A stretch of DNA of 64,000 nucleotides from Candidatus Sumerlaeia bacterium (GTDB taxonomy: Bacteria > Sumerlaeota > Sumerlaeia > SLMS01 > JANRJK01): positions 32,001 to 96,000 of the forward strand of contig JANRJK010000013.1 of the NCBI GenBank assembly GCA_033764015.1, read 5' to 3'. Under the pieces are notes generated by a model. The model ran no database searches. It worked only from the letters and a program-made list of their open reading frames with translations, and was not told the DNA's origin. Numbering within the stretch: the stretch's first letter is position 1; every line of letters starts with the position of its first letter. The position numbers and the translations under genes were made by a program. Below are positions 49,317 through 59,733 of this stretch, one piece after another.

Positions 49317-50864
49317 TCAGCCGAGGCCCGCCTCCGCCAATTCCAGTGCGCGCAGCAGCGCCCGGGCTTTGTTCAGAGTCTCTTCATACTCGAGCTGAGG
49401 GTCGCTGTCGGCGACGATGCCGGCTCCCGCCTGCACGTAGGCGGTGCCTCCCTTGAGGATCGCCGTGCGCAGCGTGATGCACGAGTCCATGTTCCCATCG
49501 AAGCCGAAGTATACCACCGAACCGGCGTAGGGTCCGCGCCGCACCGGTTCCAGCTCGTCGATGATCTCCATGGCGCGGATCTTCGGCGCGCCGCTCACCG
49601 TGCCCGCGGGGAAGCACACCCGCAGCGCGTCGAGCGCATCGTGGTCCGCCGCGAGTTCACCGACCACGTTGCTCACGATGTGCATCACGTGGCTGTAGCG
49701 CTCGACCGTCATGAACGCATCGACCGTCACCGTGCCCGGTGTGCTCACGCGGCCCACATCGTTGCGGCCGAGGTCGACCAGCATCACATGCTCCGCGCGT
49801 TCCTTGGGATCGGCGAGCAGCTCCGCCGCGAGCGCCTCGTCCGCGGCGCGGTCCGCCCCGCGGCGCCGTGTGCCGGCGATGGGCCGGACCGTCACGCGCC
49901 GGTCTTTGCAGCGCACGAGGATCTCCGGCGAGGAGCCGGAGATCGCGAGTTCGCCGCACTTCAGGTGGAACATGTAGGGCGACGGGTTCACCGCCCGCAG
50001 CGCGCGGTAGAAGTCGAAGGGCGGGCAGGTGTGCGGCGATGCCAGCCGCTGGCTCAGCACCACCTGGAAGATGTCGCCCGCGAGGATGTACTCCTTCGCC
50101 TTCGCGATGGCGCTGAACCAGTCGGCGCGCGTGAAGCTGCTGCGCACCGCCAGCGTCGAGTCGCCGAGGTGCTCGCGCGCGACCGGGTTGCTGGTCACGG
50201 CGTCCGCGGTCGGCTCGACGCCGGAGACGTCGAGCAGTTTGCCGCGCTCCTCCGGGGCGGAGAGCCGCGCGAGGAGCTTCTCCAAGCGGGCGGCCGCCCG
50301 CTCGTAGGCGCGCTCGCCGTCGCCGTCCTCCGCGACGTGCGCGTGCGCGATCAGCACCATGCGGTGCCGCACATGGTCGAACGCCACCAGCGTGTCGGCG
50401 ATCATGAAGAGCGCATCCGGCAGGCCGAGCTCGTCGGGCAAGTCGTCCGGCAGACGCTCGAACTGGCGCACCACGTCGTAGGACAGGTAGCCGACCGCGC
50501 CGCCGCTGAAGTCGGGCAGGCGCTCGTCCTCCACGCGGAGGTAGTGGTTCATCAGGTGCCGCAGCGTCTCCAGCGGCGTCTCCCGCGTGCGGAAGTCCTG
50601 CTCTTCGCTGGCGAAGACGACCTCCTGCTCCGCGCCGCGCGCCTTGAACACGACCAGCGGGTCCGCGCCGAGGAAGGAGTAGCGGCCAAGGTGCTCGCCC
50701 TGCTCGACGCTCTCGAGCAGGAAGGCGAAGGGGCTCCCCGCTTCGAGCTTGCGGAACACCGAGACCGGCGTGTCGAGGTCCGCCAGGACCTCGGTGAAGA
50801 CGGGGATCAGGTTTCCGCGGCGGGCGCGTTCGAGGAACTCGGGAAGCGTGGGTAGCAGGCGCAT
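49317..50864 (-). CDS. trpE: Anthranilate synthase component I
   Basis: FLLESVE, GDIFQVVLSQR, NPSPYMF, PIAGT, EHVMLVDLGRND, GTVSGAPK. Confidence 0.95.
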   Translation of the reverse strand: MRLLPTLPEFLERARRGNLIPVFTEVLADLDTPVSVFRKLEAGSPFAFLLESVEQGEHLGRYSFLGADPLVVFKARGAEQEVVFASEEQDFRTRETPLETLRHLMNHYLRVEDERLPDFSGGAVGYLSYDVVRQFERLPDDLPDELGLPDALFMIADTLVAFDHVRHRMVLIAHAHVAEDGDGERAYERAAARLEKLLARLSAPEERGKLLDVSGVEPTADAVTSNPVAREHLGDSTLAVRSSFTRADWFSAIAKAKEYILAGDIFQVVLSQRLASPHTCPPFDFYRALRAVNPSPYMFHLKCGELAISGSSPEILVRCKDRRVTVRPIAGTRRRGADRAADEALAAELLADPKERAEHVMLVDLGRNDVGRVSTPGTVTVDAFMTVERYSHVMHIVSNVVGELAADHDALDALRVCFPAGTVSGAPKIRAMEIIDELEPVRRGPYAGSVVYFGFDGNMDSCITLRTAILKGGTAYVQAGAGIVADSDPQLEYEETLNKARALLRALELAEAGLG

Positions 50865-50918
50865 CGGATGCGTGGACTCCGTGACGGGGCAGGGCCGCAT
50901 TGTGGCGCGGCGCGCCGC

Positions 50919-51656
50919 TCAGGGCACGGGAAAAGTCGCTCCGCGCCGCGCGAGCAGCACCGCCCGCAGGCAGTCGTGCGGCGGCTCCAGCGTCCGCGAG
51001 GACAGGTCGTGCGGCGCGAAGAGCGCCTCCAGCGCGAGGCCCGCCTCCGCCAGCGTCCCCGGCAGCGCGCCGAGAGCGGGCACGAAGAGGTCGAAGTCCT
51101 CGGAAGCGCTCCCCTCCGGCAGGTCGATGTCGATCCCCGCGCGGAGCGTGGCGCCCCGTTCGTCCGATGCCAGCGCGTCCGCGTAGCGGAAATGGAAGCG
51201 CGCGCCATCCGCGCCCTCGTGCGTCTCGGCGAGCCCTTGGAGGCTGCGGGGCGCGCGGGCCGCGGCGATCTCCGCGACGAGCGTCCCGCCGGGCGCGAGG
51301 ATCCGGGCGCACTCCCGAAGGGCGGTGAGGAATCCCTCGGCGCTTCCCGCGTGGTTGAGCACCAGCAACCCCGACACGGCTCCACGGAAGATTCCGTCGC
51401 GGAAGGGAAGCCCGCGCATGTCGCCGAGCACCGCCCCGCTGTAGCGCCCCGCCGCCGGGGCGAGCCAATCGGCGCCAAGGTCGCAACCGGTTGCGCGGAC
51501 GCCGAGCGGGAATACCCCGGCGAGCCGCCCGCGTCCGCACCCGAGGTCGAGCGCCCGCGCGCCGGCGGGAACGCCGCGGAGCAGCGCTCCGTAAAACCCC
51601 GCCTCCTCCGCGTCCGGCGCGGGGAAGATGCGCTCGAAGGCGTCGGCGAAGCGCAC
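50919..51656 (-). CDS. Class I SAM-dependent methyltransferase
   Basis: ALDLGCGRG, GDMRGLPF, LAPGG. Confidence 0.85.
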   Translation of the reverse strand: MRFADAFERIFPAPDAEEAGFYGALLRGVPAGARALDLGCGRGRLAGVFPLGVRATGCDLGADWLAPAAGRYSGAVLGDMRGLPFRDGIFRGAVSGLLVLNHAGSAEGFLTALRECARILAPGGTLVAEIAAARAPRSLQGLAETHEGADGARFHFRYADALASDERGATLRAGIDIDLPEGSASEDFDLFVPALGALPGTLAEAGLALEALFAPHDLSSRTLEPPHDCLRAVLLARRGATFPVP

Positions 51657-51659
51657 CGG

Positions 51660-52511
51660 TCAGAGGTCGTTGCAGGTCGCGCAGCGGGAGCGGAGGAACT
51701 CGCGCAGCGGGCGCCAGCGGCTCTCGTCGAGGCCCCAGCGCCCGAGCGCGGGCTCGCGCCCGGCGAGTGCGCCGTGGCAGTCGCTCCCTCCGCTGATGCG
51801 GAGCCCGCGGTCGAGCGCGAACACGGCCGCGCGCGCCTGCGACGTGGCGTCGTGCTCCGGGTGGAACGCCTCGACCCCCGCGAGACCGAGCGCGGCGAAC
51901 TGCGGCAGAAGGTCCCATTGGCGCCCGAGCGCCGGGTGGGCGACGAACACGCAACCCCCGGCGCCGTGGATCAGCCCCATGGCCTCGGCAGGGGGCACAT
52001 CCGGCTTCGGCGCGTTCGCCGGTTTCCCCTCGCCGAGGAACCGGTTGAACGCCTCGTCCCACGTCGCGACATGGCCGGCGTCCAGCAGCGCCTTGGCGAT
52101 GTGCGCGCGCCCCACATTGCCGCCGTCCGCCGAGGCCACCACCGCGTCCATGTCGAGGGGCGCCCCGGCGGCGGCAAGGCGCTCGCCGATCAGCCGGGCC
52201 CGCTCCAACCTGGCCGCCTTGATCCGCGCGCAATGCGCCACCAGCACGGTGTCGTCCGCGCGGACGCCATAGCCAAGCAGGTGCACCTCGCGCCCCGCCG
52301 CGTAGCAGGTGAGTTCTATCCCCGGGAGGAAGGCGACGCCGACCTCGCGCGCGCGGGCCGCCGCTTCGGCGAGCCCCTCCGTTGTGTCGTGGTCCGTGAG
52401 GGCGAAGGCCTCCAGACGGGCAGCGGCGGCTCGCTCGGCCACCCGGTGCGGCGGATCAACCCCGTCGGAGGCGGTCGAATGCGTGTGCAGGTCGGCGGTG
52501 ACGGACTCCAT
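51660..52511 (-). CDS. PHP-domain phosphoesterase (TrpH/YciV-like)
   Basis: DLHTHSTASDG, LTDHD, GIE, HLLGY, AHP, GGSDCHG. Confidence 0.92.
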   Translation of the reverse strand: MESVTADLHTHSTASDGVDPPHRVAERAAAARLEAFALTDHDTTEGLAEAAARAREVGVAFLPGIELTCYAAGREVHLLGYGVRADDTVLVAHCARIKAARLERARLIGERLAAAGAPLDMDAVVASADGGNVGRAHIAKALLDAGHVATWDEAFNRFLGEGKPANAPKPDVPPAEAMGLIHGAGGCVFVAHPALGRQWDLLPQFAALGLAGVEAFHPEHDATSQARAAVFALDRGLRISGGSDCHGALAGREPALGRWGLDESRWRPLREFLRSRCATCNDL

Positions 52512-52675
52512 ACGTTCACAATACTCGTGGCCCCTCCGCCGGACAACGCGGATCGGCGGCGAAATCCACCGCGCCCTTGAAGGTTTCCACCGGGGAGTCT
52601 GTATCTGGAGCATCGACTGCGCGACAGGCCGGCGGATGGACCCGGACGGCGCGTCCCACCCGAAGGAGATTCCCA

Positions 52676-54517
52676 ATGCGTCAATTGCTCGCCTCCGCCC
52701 TCGCCGCCGGCTTCGTGCTCGCGGGATCCGGTTTGGCCGTCACCGCCGGTGCGGCGCCCGCCGCGGCCCTCGCATCCGCTTCGCAATCGAACGCCGACGC
52801 GGCGAAGGTCGCCGTCATCACCGTCGGCACGGTGGTCGAAATGAAGGACGGCACCGACATCTTCCAACTGCAGGACGATGCCTGGACGCTCCGCGACTAC
52901 GTGCTGACGATCCAGAAGGCCAAGGAGGACCCCGAGGTGCGCGCGATCCTGCTGCAGCTGGACGGCCCGTCCTACGGCGCCGCGCAGCTCAGCGAGCTCC
53001 GCCGCGCGCTGGCGGACTTCCGTGCCTCCGGCAAGAAGATCTACGCCAGCGCCGACTTCCCCGGCATGGGGCAGTACGCGCTGCTTTCCGTCGCCGACGA
53101 AGTGGTCGTCCCCCCCTGCGGCGGACTCGAAGTCTACGGCATGCGCGCCGACATGATGTACTTCAAGGACACCCTCGCGAAGATCGGCGTCACCGCGCAG
53201 GTCGTGAACACCGGCAAGTTCAAGACGGCCATGGAACCCTTCACCCACAACGAGATGAGCGAAGGCACCATCATCCAGACCTCCGAGCTGATGGAGGACA
53301 TCTTCACGGAGTTCGCGGAAGGGGTCGCGGAATCCCGCGGAATGGACCTCGCGGACGCGAAGCGCGCGCTGACCGAGGGCCCCTACAACGCCAAGCAGGC
53401 GATCGAGGCCGGCCTTGTCGACAAGGCGGAATACCTGCCCGACGCGATGGCGGCCTGGGACGAGGAGGCGGGGAAGGAGCTCGAGTACGACTGGGAGTAC
53501 AGCCACAAGCCGCCGAAGAAGAAGGAGCCGCTCAACCTCTTCACCCTCTTCAGCGGCGCCGCGGCGAAGAAGAAGGCCGAGGACAAGTCGCCGAAGATCG
53601 CGGTCGTCTTCGCGCAAGGCGCCATCGCCGACGGCCGCTCCGAACCGAACCCCTTCGGCGGCGGCGGCGGAGGCATCTTCTCCGAGGACTTCATCGAGAC
53701 GCTCGACGAGATCGCCGAGGAGGAGAACCTCAAGGCGCTTGTGCTCCGCGTGGACAGCCCGGGCGGCAGCGCCAACGCGAGCGACCGCATCTGGCGCGAG
53801 CTGGAGCGCTTCCAGGAGGACGGCGTCCCCGTCATCGTCAGCATGGGCAACGTCGCGGCCAGCGGCGGCTACTACATCTCGATGGGCGCGGACCGCATCT
53901 TCGCCGAGCCCACCACGATCACCGGAAGCATCGGCGTGGTCGGCGGGCGCTTCATCCTCGGCGGCCTCTACGAGAAGGTCGGCCTCGTCCAGCACACCAT
54001 CGCGATCGGCCGCAACACCGGCCTGCAGGACCCCACCCGCGGCTGGAACAAGCGCGAGCGGGAAATCGTCCGCACCATGATCGACGACATCTACGAAACC
54101 TTCACCAGCAAGGTCGCCGAGGGCCGCGGCATGTCGCAGGATCGCGTGAAGGAGCTGGGCGGCGGTCGCGTCTGGTCCGGCGTGGACGCCCTCGAGAACG
54201 GCCTGGTGGACGAGCTCGGCGGCCTTGGCGAAGCGATCGCCTACGCCCACGAGGCGGCCGACGCGCCCGATGCCAACGTGGTGACCTTCCCCAAGGAGAA
54301 GGACTTCATGGAGGTGTTCGAGGAGCTCCTCAGCGGCGGCGCGGAAGCCCGCATCGCCGCCAGCGCCACCGCGAACCCGGGCTCCGAGATCATCGCCGCG
54401 CTCCGGCTCATCGTCCCCAAGCAGCAGCACGCCACGCTGAGCTTCCTCGTCGACACGCTCTCGGAAGGCAAGCCGGTGACGCTGATGCTCGCGCCGTGGA
54501 CCTTGACCATCGAGTGA
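52676..54517 (+). CDS. sppA: Signal peptide peptidase SppA, 67K type
   Basis: GKFKTAMEPF, RVDSPGGS, SMGNVAASGGY, TGSIGV, GRVWSG; AAGGAG RBS. Confidence 0.92.
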   Translation: MRQLLASALAAGFVLAGSGLAVTAGAAPAAALASASQSNADAAKVAVITVGTVVEMKDGTDIFQLQDDAWTLRDYVLTIQKAKEDPEVRAILLQLDGPSYGAAQLSELRRALADFRASGKKIYASADFPGMGQYALLSVADEVVVPPCGGLEVYGMRADMMYFKDTLAKIGVTAQVVNTGKFKTAMEPFTHNEMSEGTIIQTSELMEDIFTEFAEGVAESRGMDLADAKRALTEGPYNAKQAIEAGLVDKAEYLPDAMAAWDEEAGKELEYDWEYSHKPPKKKEPLNLFTLFSGAAAKKKAEDKSPKIAVVFAQGAIADGRSEPNPFGGGGGGIFSEDFIETLDEIAEEENLKALVLRVDSPGGSANASDRIWRELERFQEDGVPVIVSMGNVAASGGYYISMGADRIFAEPTTITGSIGVVGGRFILGGLYEKVGLVQHTIAIGRNTGLQDPTRGWNKREREIVRTMIDDIYETFTSKVAEGRGMSQDRVKELGGGRVWSGVDALENGLVDELGGLGEAIAYAHEAADAPDANVVTFPKEKDFMEVFEELLSGGAEARIAASATANPGSEIIAALRLIVPKQQHATLSFLVDTLSEGKPVTLMLAPWTLTIE

Positions 54518-54615
54518 CCGCGCCGATAGGCAAACGGACATGAATCAACCGGAGGGGCTCCCGCGAGGGGGCCCCTTCCCATTTTCCCAGGCCCGCCGGG
54601 GCCCAGGGCAGCGCA

Positions 54616-55212
54616 ATGTTCGAGTTCCTGAAGCGCCTCTTCCACAAGCCCGCGCCCCAGACCCCCCTCGCCGCCGGGCACCTTGCTGACCTCGTCCGCA
54701 AGTACCGCCCCGCCGGCTTCTTTCCGGAGGACGCGGACCCGGAGGCGCTATCCTACGAACTGCTCGCACGCTTCGAGGAGACGACGCCTGTCGTCCCCGA
54801 GGACTGGCAGCACGACTCCTACCTGCTCGCTTGGCTGCTGCCTGACCGAATCTGGTGGGACGACCTCGAGGCGGACGTCTGCCCCGAGAACCGCGCCTAC
54901 GAGGAGTGGCTGGGCCGCCTCGTCGAGATTTCCCGCGGACACTTCCCCGCAGAGGACATCCGCGAGGAGTGGGAGGGCAGCGATCGGGTCCGCGTCACGT
55001 TCCGCCTAGGCGGCACGCGCCACGAGCTGACGCCCGTGGTGAACGACGACTGGCTCGATCCGCTGGTGCTTGAGCCGATCGACGCGTTGGTCAAGCCCTC
55101 CGGCTACTCCTTCCACCTCGTCGAAACCGGCGACCAGACCGCGATGGTGGTGGTGCTGACCAACAGCGAAGCGGCGGTGCTCAAGGCGCTGGGCTGGCGG
55201 CTGGCGTCGTAG
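54616..55212 (+). CDS. Hypothetical acidic protein
   Basis: Host-like codon usage; amphipathic N-terminus MFEFLKRLF. Confidence 0.65.
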   Translation: MFEFLKRLFHKPAPQTPLAAGHLADLVRKYRPAGFFPEDADPEALSYELLARFEETTPVVPEDWQHDSYLLAWLLPDRIWWDDLEADVCPENRAYEEWLGRLVEISRGHFPAEDIREEWEGSDRVRVTFRLGGTRHELTPVVNDDWLDPLVLEPIDALVKPSGYSFHLVETGDQTAMVVVLTNSEAAVLKALGWRLAS

Positions 55213-56794
55213 CGGGATCGCGCTCCAGCAAGAGCCGCAGCGCTTCCACCAGCGGATCGGGATCGAGCGGCATCGCGTAGTCGAACACGGACCGGAACGG
55301 TTCATCATCCAATAACTCCCAGAGCGACGGTCCCGACACACGGAGGAGCGAGTAGCTCTCCGCCCGTTCGGCCACTGGCTGGAAGCGCGGCGTGTAGGTG
55401 AACTCGAGGCCGAGCTCGCGCGCCTCCGCGAGCAGCTCGTGCGCGACGGCGTCTTCGAGCGCGGGCGCCGGGGCGCCGTTCTCGCCGACGTGGCGCGCCA
55501 ACGCGAGGATCACACGGGTGCGCACGCGCGCCATCGCGTCCATACGCTCCAGATTTCCGGGGGTGACGTCATCGGGGTCCTCGATGTATTGGCTCCACTC
55601 ATCGACCGGCGTGTTGTCGAGGTCGGCGACCGTGAAGAACGCGTATAGGCGCAGCTTGTCCGTCGCGTCGGCCCGGCCCTCGAGGACACGGGCGCCGAGC
55701 TTGCGGTACTCGTTTGCGAGCACCGGGCGCCATGCGTCGCGCCACCAGCCTGCGGGCTTTTCGTCGTAGAGCGCGCGCCACACGGTGGTGCTGGCCGGCT
55801 TGAGGCTGTCCGGCGTGCCCAGCAGTTCGTCGACCTTCGAGTCCACATAGAAGGCGGCGAGCGCCTTGCGGTGGCGCTCCACCTCGTCCGCGGGCGGCTC
55901 GGCGGCGAGCGCACCGTCCAGCGCGCGCCATTGCTCCTCCGTGCACGGGTTCGCGGACAGGACGATCCACCCGTGGATCGCAACCACTTCGAGCGCGTCG
56001 GGGCCGTCATAGGGCCCGCCGATGCGGTGCCAGGCGCGGGCCTGCGCCAGCAGTAAGTCGAAGTCGCGGTCGCGGGACTGGCGTCCAAGGACGCGAAGCG
56101 CGGAAAGCACCCGCATCGCCGCGCGCGCTCCGCCGGGGGAGGGCTCGAGGTCGCCGCCTGGCGTCGCGTCGATGAAGCTGCCGGCGAGCCGCCGCTCCGC
56201 GCCTTGCGCAACCGACTCCGCGACCTGCAGCAGGTCCTCCCGGAGAAGCGCCGGATCCCCGCACGCCGATGCGTGCGCGGCGTCGAACCCGGGGGTGCCT
56301 TCTTCATACGGGTTCGCAGCGGGCGCGATGAAGAGCGGCGCCGCCGGACGGCGCGGCGAGTCCGGCGAGAAGAGTCGAGCCTCTGCTGGTTGGCGCTCCG
56401 CAGCGGCGGCCGCCCAAGCCGGGTGGAGCGTCGATCGCCAACCGGTGTCGCACCGCACCGACCCGCCCTCGACGAGCAGCAGCATCGAGCTCAAGTGCAG
56501 GTCCGTGAAGCCGATGCGGGGCCGCCCGGGGGCGCGGGAGATGAACGCGGGAAGCGTCCTCCGGCCCACGTCGACCATCAGCGGGGCGTCACTCCCGGGC
56601 GTGGTCGAGTCGCGGCCGGAGGCGGGCGGCGCGGCTGCGCGCACCTGCGCCGCCAGCGGCTCGTATCCCGCATCCGACGTCCTCAAGTACGCGTAGGCCA
56701 CGAGCAGAACGGCGAAGCACGCCGCCGCCGCCAGCAGCAGCTTCGCGAGGCAGCCGGCGCGGCGGGTCCGGGTGTTGCCGGCTTCGTTCGCCAC
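55181..56794 (-). CDS. Hypothetical membrane-anchored protein
   Basis: GGAGG RBS before GTG; single N-terminal TM; no recognised domain. Confidence 0.55.
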   Translation of the reverse strand: MANEAGNTRTRRAGCLAKLLLAAAACFAVLLVAYAYLRTSDAGYEPLAAQVRAAAPPASGRDSTTPGSDAPLMVDVGRRTLPAFISRAPGRPRIGFTDLHLSSMLLLVEGGSVRCDTGWRSTLHPAWAAAAAERQPAEARLFSPDSPRRPAAPLFIAPAANPYEEGTPGFDAAHASACGDPALLREDLLQVAESVAQGAERRLAGSFIDATPGGDLEPSPGGARAAMRVLSALRVLGRQSRDRDFDLLLAQARAWHRIGGPYDGPDALEVVAIHGWIVLSANPCTEEQWRALDGALAAEPPADEVERHRKALAAFYVDSKVDELLGTPDSLKPASTTVWRALYDEKPAGWWRDAWRPVLANEYRKLGARVLEGRADATDKLRLYAFFTVADLDNTPVDEWSQYIEDPDDVTPGNLERMDAMARVRTRVILALARHVGENGAPAPALEDAVAHELLAEARELGLEFTYTPRFQPVAERAESYSLLRVSGPSLWELLDDEPFRSVFDYAMPLDPDPLVEALRLLLERDPATTPAASPAP

Positions 56795-56824
56795 CGCACC
56801 ACCTCCGTTCGCCGCGTTCGGGCG

Positions 56825-58420
56825 CTAGTCCTCCGGGCTCGCCTCGGGAAGCACGAACTCGAGGCAGGTGCCCTTCGGATCGTCCAGGAACTGGAGCACG
56901 CCGCCGTGCAGCATCGTGACGCGGCGGGCGAAGTAAAGCCCGAGGCCCGCGCCGCCTTGCCGCCGCGTGAGCGGGTCCTCGAGCTGCGAGAAGCGCTCGA
57001 ACACGCGCTCGCGCTGCTCCAGCGGGATGACGTCGCCCTCGTTTCGGATCGAAAGGCGGACGGAGCCCTCCGCGTCGTGCCAGATGCGGATGGAGACCTC
57101 CGTGCGCTGCGTCGCGTACTTGATCGCGTTGTCGAAGACCGCGGCGAGCGCCTGCGTCATGCGCCCCTCGTCGATGAGCACCGGGGGGCAGTCGGGGCAG
57201 TAGGTCTCGCGGAGCACGAGGCCCTTCTGCGCGATGTCGCGCTCGCGCAGCCGCGCCACTTCGTGCATCACCTCGCCGAGCTGCGCCCGCACCGGCGACA
57301 GCGCGATCTGCTCGTTCTCGATCATCGAGATGTCGATGATCATGTTCACCAGGTTGCTCAGCCGCTCCGCGCTCGAGGAGACGATCCGCAGCAGGCTCGC
57401 CTGCGTCTCGTCCAGCCCCTTCGCGTACTGCTGCGTGAGGAGCGTCGACGCGCCGCGGAGCGAGGTGATCGGGGTGCGCAGCTCGTGCGAGACGACGCTG
57501 ATGAAGTGGCTCTTCATCTGGTCGATGCGGCGCAGCTCCGCCATCTCGTGCGTCACCGTGAGGTCTTCGACCGTGAAGAGCAGGCCGACCCCCATGCCGA
57601 TGAACTCGGCGGTGATGCGGATCTGGCGCACGGGGCGTTCGTCGTCGGCCGCGGTGTCGAGTTCGGACTTCAGCGTTGTGGCGACGCGGCAGCCGCTCTG
57701 CGCGGCGCGGTCGGCCAGTTTGCCGAGGTGGCGCGCCATCTCGCCGGGCTTCAGGTCGGAGAGCGGCAGGCCCGGCTCCGCGTTCAGCAGTTCGAGAAGG
57801 TGCAGCGCGGGGGCGTTCGCGTGCAGCAGCCGCGAATCGTCGTCCAGGATCAGGATGCCGAGCGGAAGCTGGTTGAGCGTGTGCTCGATCTGCCGGTTCG
57901 CCCGCTGCAGTTCGTAGGAGATGTGGGCCCGGTCGATGGAGACGGCGAGCACGTCGGCGACCGACTGCAGCAGCGCGAGGTCCGCGGCGTTCAACGGCGG
58001 GCGCTCTCGCCGGTTCGTGACGCTGATGACGCCCAGGCGGCGCCCCTCGTACCTGATCGGGCAGCAAATGTAGGTCTGCGTCGAGTAGCGGGTGGAGTCC
58101 ACATTGCGCGCCGCGCCGATGCGGGGCTCGCCGCTCCGGAACACCTCGCCCGCCACCGTGTCGTCGGCGGCCGGGGGCGGCTGGTCCGCGACGCCTTCCG
58201 GCAGGCCCCAGGCCGCCGCGAGCGCGAGCGCGTTCCTCGTCTCGTCGAACAGCATGATCGAGCAGCGGTCCACCGAGAGCACTTCGCGGATCATGGCGAC
58301 GGTCGCGTCGAGGACGCCCTGCAGCGAGTCCGCCCCCGCGACCAGCTTGGCGACCAGGCGGAACAATGTCGCCGCATCGCAGTGCGCGGAGGGCGTGGCG
58401 GAAGGGGGGGGAGTCGTCAA
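56825..58420 (-). CDS. GAF-PAS sensor histidine kinase
   Basis: GAF (DRCSIML...CPI...LGVI), PAS (PLGILILD), SHELRTP, DNAIKY, GAGLGL. Confidence 0.92.
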   Translation of the reverse strand: MTTPPPSATPSAHCDAATLFRLVAKLVAGADSLQGVLDATVAMIREVLSVDRCSIMLFDETRNALALAAAWGLPEGVADQPPPAADDTVAGEVFRSGEPRIGAARNVDSTRYSTQTYICCPIRYEGRRLGVISVTNRRERPPLNAADLALLQSVADVLAVSIDRAHISYELQRANRQIEHTLNQLPLGILILDDDSRLLHANAPALHLLELLNAEPGLPLSDLKPGEMARHLGKLADRAAQSGCRVATTLKSELDTAADDERPVRQIRITAEFIGMGVGLLFTVEDLTVTHEMAELRRIDQMKSHFISVVSHELRTPITSLRGASTLLTQQYAKGLDETQASLLRIVSSSAERLSNLVNMIIDISMIENEQIALSPVRAQLGEVMHEVARLRERDIAQKGLVLRETYCPDCPPVLIDEGRMTQALAAVFDNAIKYATQRTEVSIRIWHDAEGSVRLSIRNEGDVIPLEQRERVFERFSQLEDPLTRRQGGAGLGLYFARRVTMLHGGVLQFLDDPKGTCLEFVLPEASPED

Positions 58421-58526
58421 CGGCGTCGGCGTCGGTCCTCGGGATTCGGAGGCGGTGGCCGCGCGACGACCACCGTGATCAGGGTAGGATGCCTATAGGA
58501 CAGCGCAAAGAGAAACCGTCGCGAAC

Positions 58527-59717
58527 TTAGCAGATTTCCTGTTCCGCGCCCACCCGCAGGCGCTCCGCGAGCAGGGCGTACAGGCGGTCCACGCCCGGAT
58601 CGCGGTGGCGGCTTGCGGCGGTCGCGAGGAACTCCACCGGCGGCCGTCCTTCCCTCCGCACCGAGCGCAGCCGGCTGCGGATCATGCTTTGCGCCGCGGG
58701 CGCCGCGGGGCGGTCGCTCTTGTTCAGGACCACGACGTCCGCCGCCTCCAGCGCCGCCAGCTTCTCGAGCTGGATCGGCGACCCGAACTCGTCCGTCATC
58801 ACCAGCACCGACAGGTCGAACGCGTCGGCGAAGGGCTGGTCCGCCTGGCCGATGCCGGCGGTCTCGACGATCACAAGGGGGAAGGGACCCTTGCGCAGGA
58901 ATGCCGCCATCTCGCGGACCGCGGGGCTGAGCGCGCTGGAAGTCCGCGTGGCGAGGCTGCGCGCGAAGACGCGCGGGTCGCCCGCGGAGAGCATCCGGAT
59001 CCGGTCGCCCAGCAGCGCGCCCGCCTCGCCCGATTCGCGGTCGATCGCGCCGGACGGGTCGGAGCACAGCACCGCCACCGGCTGGTCCGTGGCCTTCAAC
59101 CACCGGAGCACCAGCTCGTCGATGAGGGTGGACTTGCCCGCGCCGCCGGGGCCCGCGACCGCGACCACGCGCACCTGCCGGTCCGTGGCGTCCGCGGGGA
59201 GCAGCTCCGCCGCCGCGGCGCCCCGCTCGATCAGCGTCATCACACGGCCCAGCGCGAGCGGTTCGCCCTCGAGGGCGCGGGCCGCCAGGTCCGGAGGGTC
59301 CTCCGCGGGGACTCGGTCGCGGGCGATCCGGCGCACCACCCTCGCCATGTCGTCCAGCGTTTCGCCGGGAAGGAACACCCGCGCGACGCCGAGAGCCTTC
59401 AGCTCCGCCACGTCCTCGGGGGTGATCGTGCCGCCTCCGCCGCAGACGATCGCCGGCGAAGCGCCCGCGCGGCGGAGGTGCGCCGCGAGGTCCGCGACGT
59501 ACTCGACATGGCCGCCGTTGTAGGAACTGAGCCCGATCACGTCCACATCCTCCTGCACGGCGGCGTGGGCCACCTCCGCGGGGCTCTTGTGGAAACCGAT
59601 GTAGACCACCTCGACCCCATGAAGGCGGAGCGCGCGGGAGACCGCGACGATGGCGGCGTCGTGGCCGTCGCAGAGCGCGACGGCGGTGAGCGCGCGGATG
59701 GGGGCTTGCGATTCCAT
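58527..59717 (-). CDS. Cobalamin-binding domain + MeaB/MeaI GTPase (N-terminal part of IcmF only)
   Basis: DGHD, QEDVD.IGLSSYNGGH, GGGG; GPGGAGKS, LLGDRIRM, VETAGIGQ, QLEK, NKSD; stop right after the G-domain. Confidence 0.88.
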   Translation of the reverse strand: MESQAPIRALTAVALCDGHDAAIVAVSRALRLHGVEVVYIGFHKSPAEVAHAAVQEDVDVIGLSSYNGGHVEYVADLAAHLRRAGASPAIVCGGGGTITPEDVAELKALGVARVFLPGETLDDMARVVRRIARDRVPAEDPPDLAARALEGEPLALGRVMTLIERGAAAAELLPADATDRQVRVVAVAGPGGAGKSTLIDELVLRWLKATDQPVAVLCSDPSGAIDRESGEAGALLGDRIRMLSAGDPRVFARSLATRTSSALSPAVREMAAFLRKGPFPLVIVETAGIGQADQPFADAFDLSVLVMTDEFGSPIQLEKLAALEAADVVVLNKSDRPAAPAAQSMIRSRLRSVRREGRPPVEFLATAASRHRDPGVDRLYALLAERLRVGAEQEIC

Positions 59718-59733
59718 AGGGGGCTCCCGGGGT

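Noticed and set aside
50865..50918. trp attenuator or leader peptide
   Set aside because: The gap is short and shows no Trp-codon leader; trpE appears to be the last gene of a PHP-methyltransferase-trpE run.
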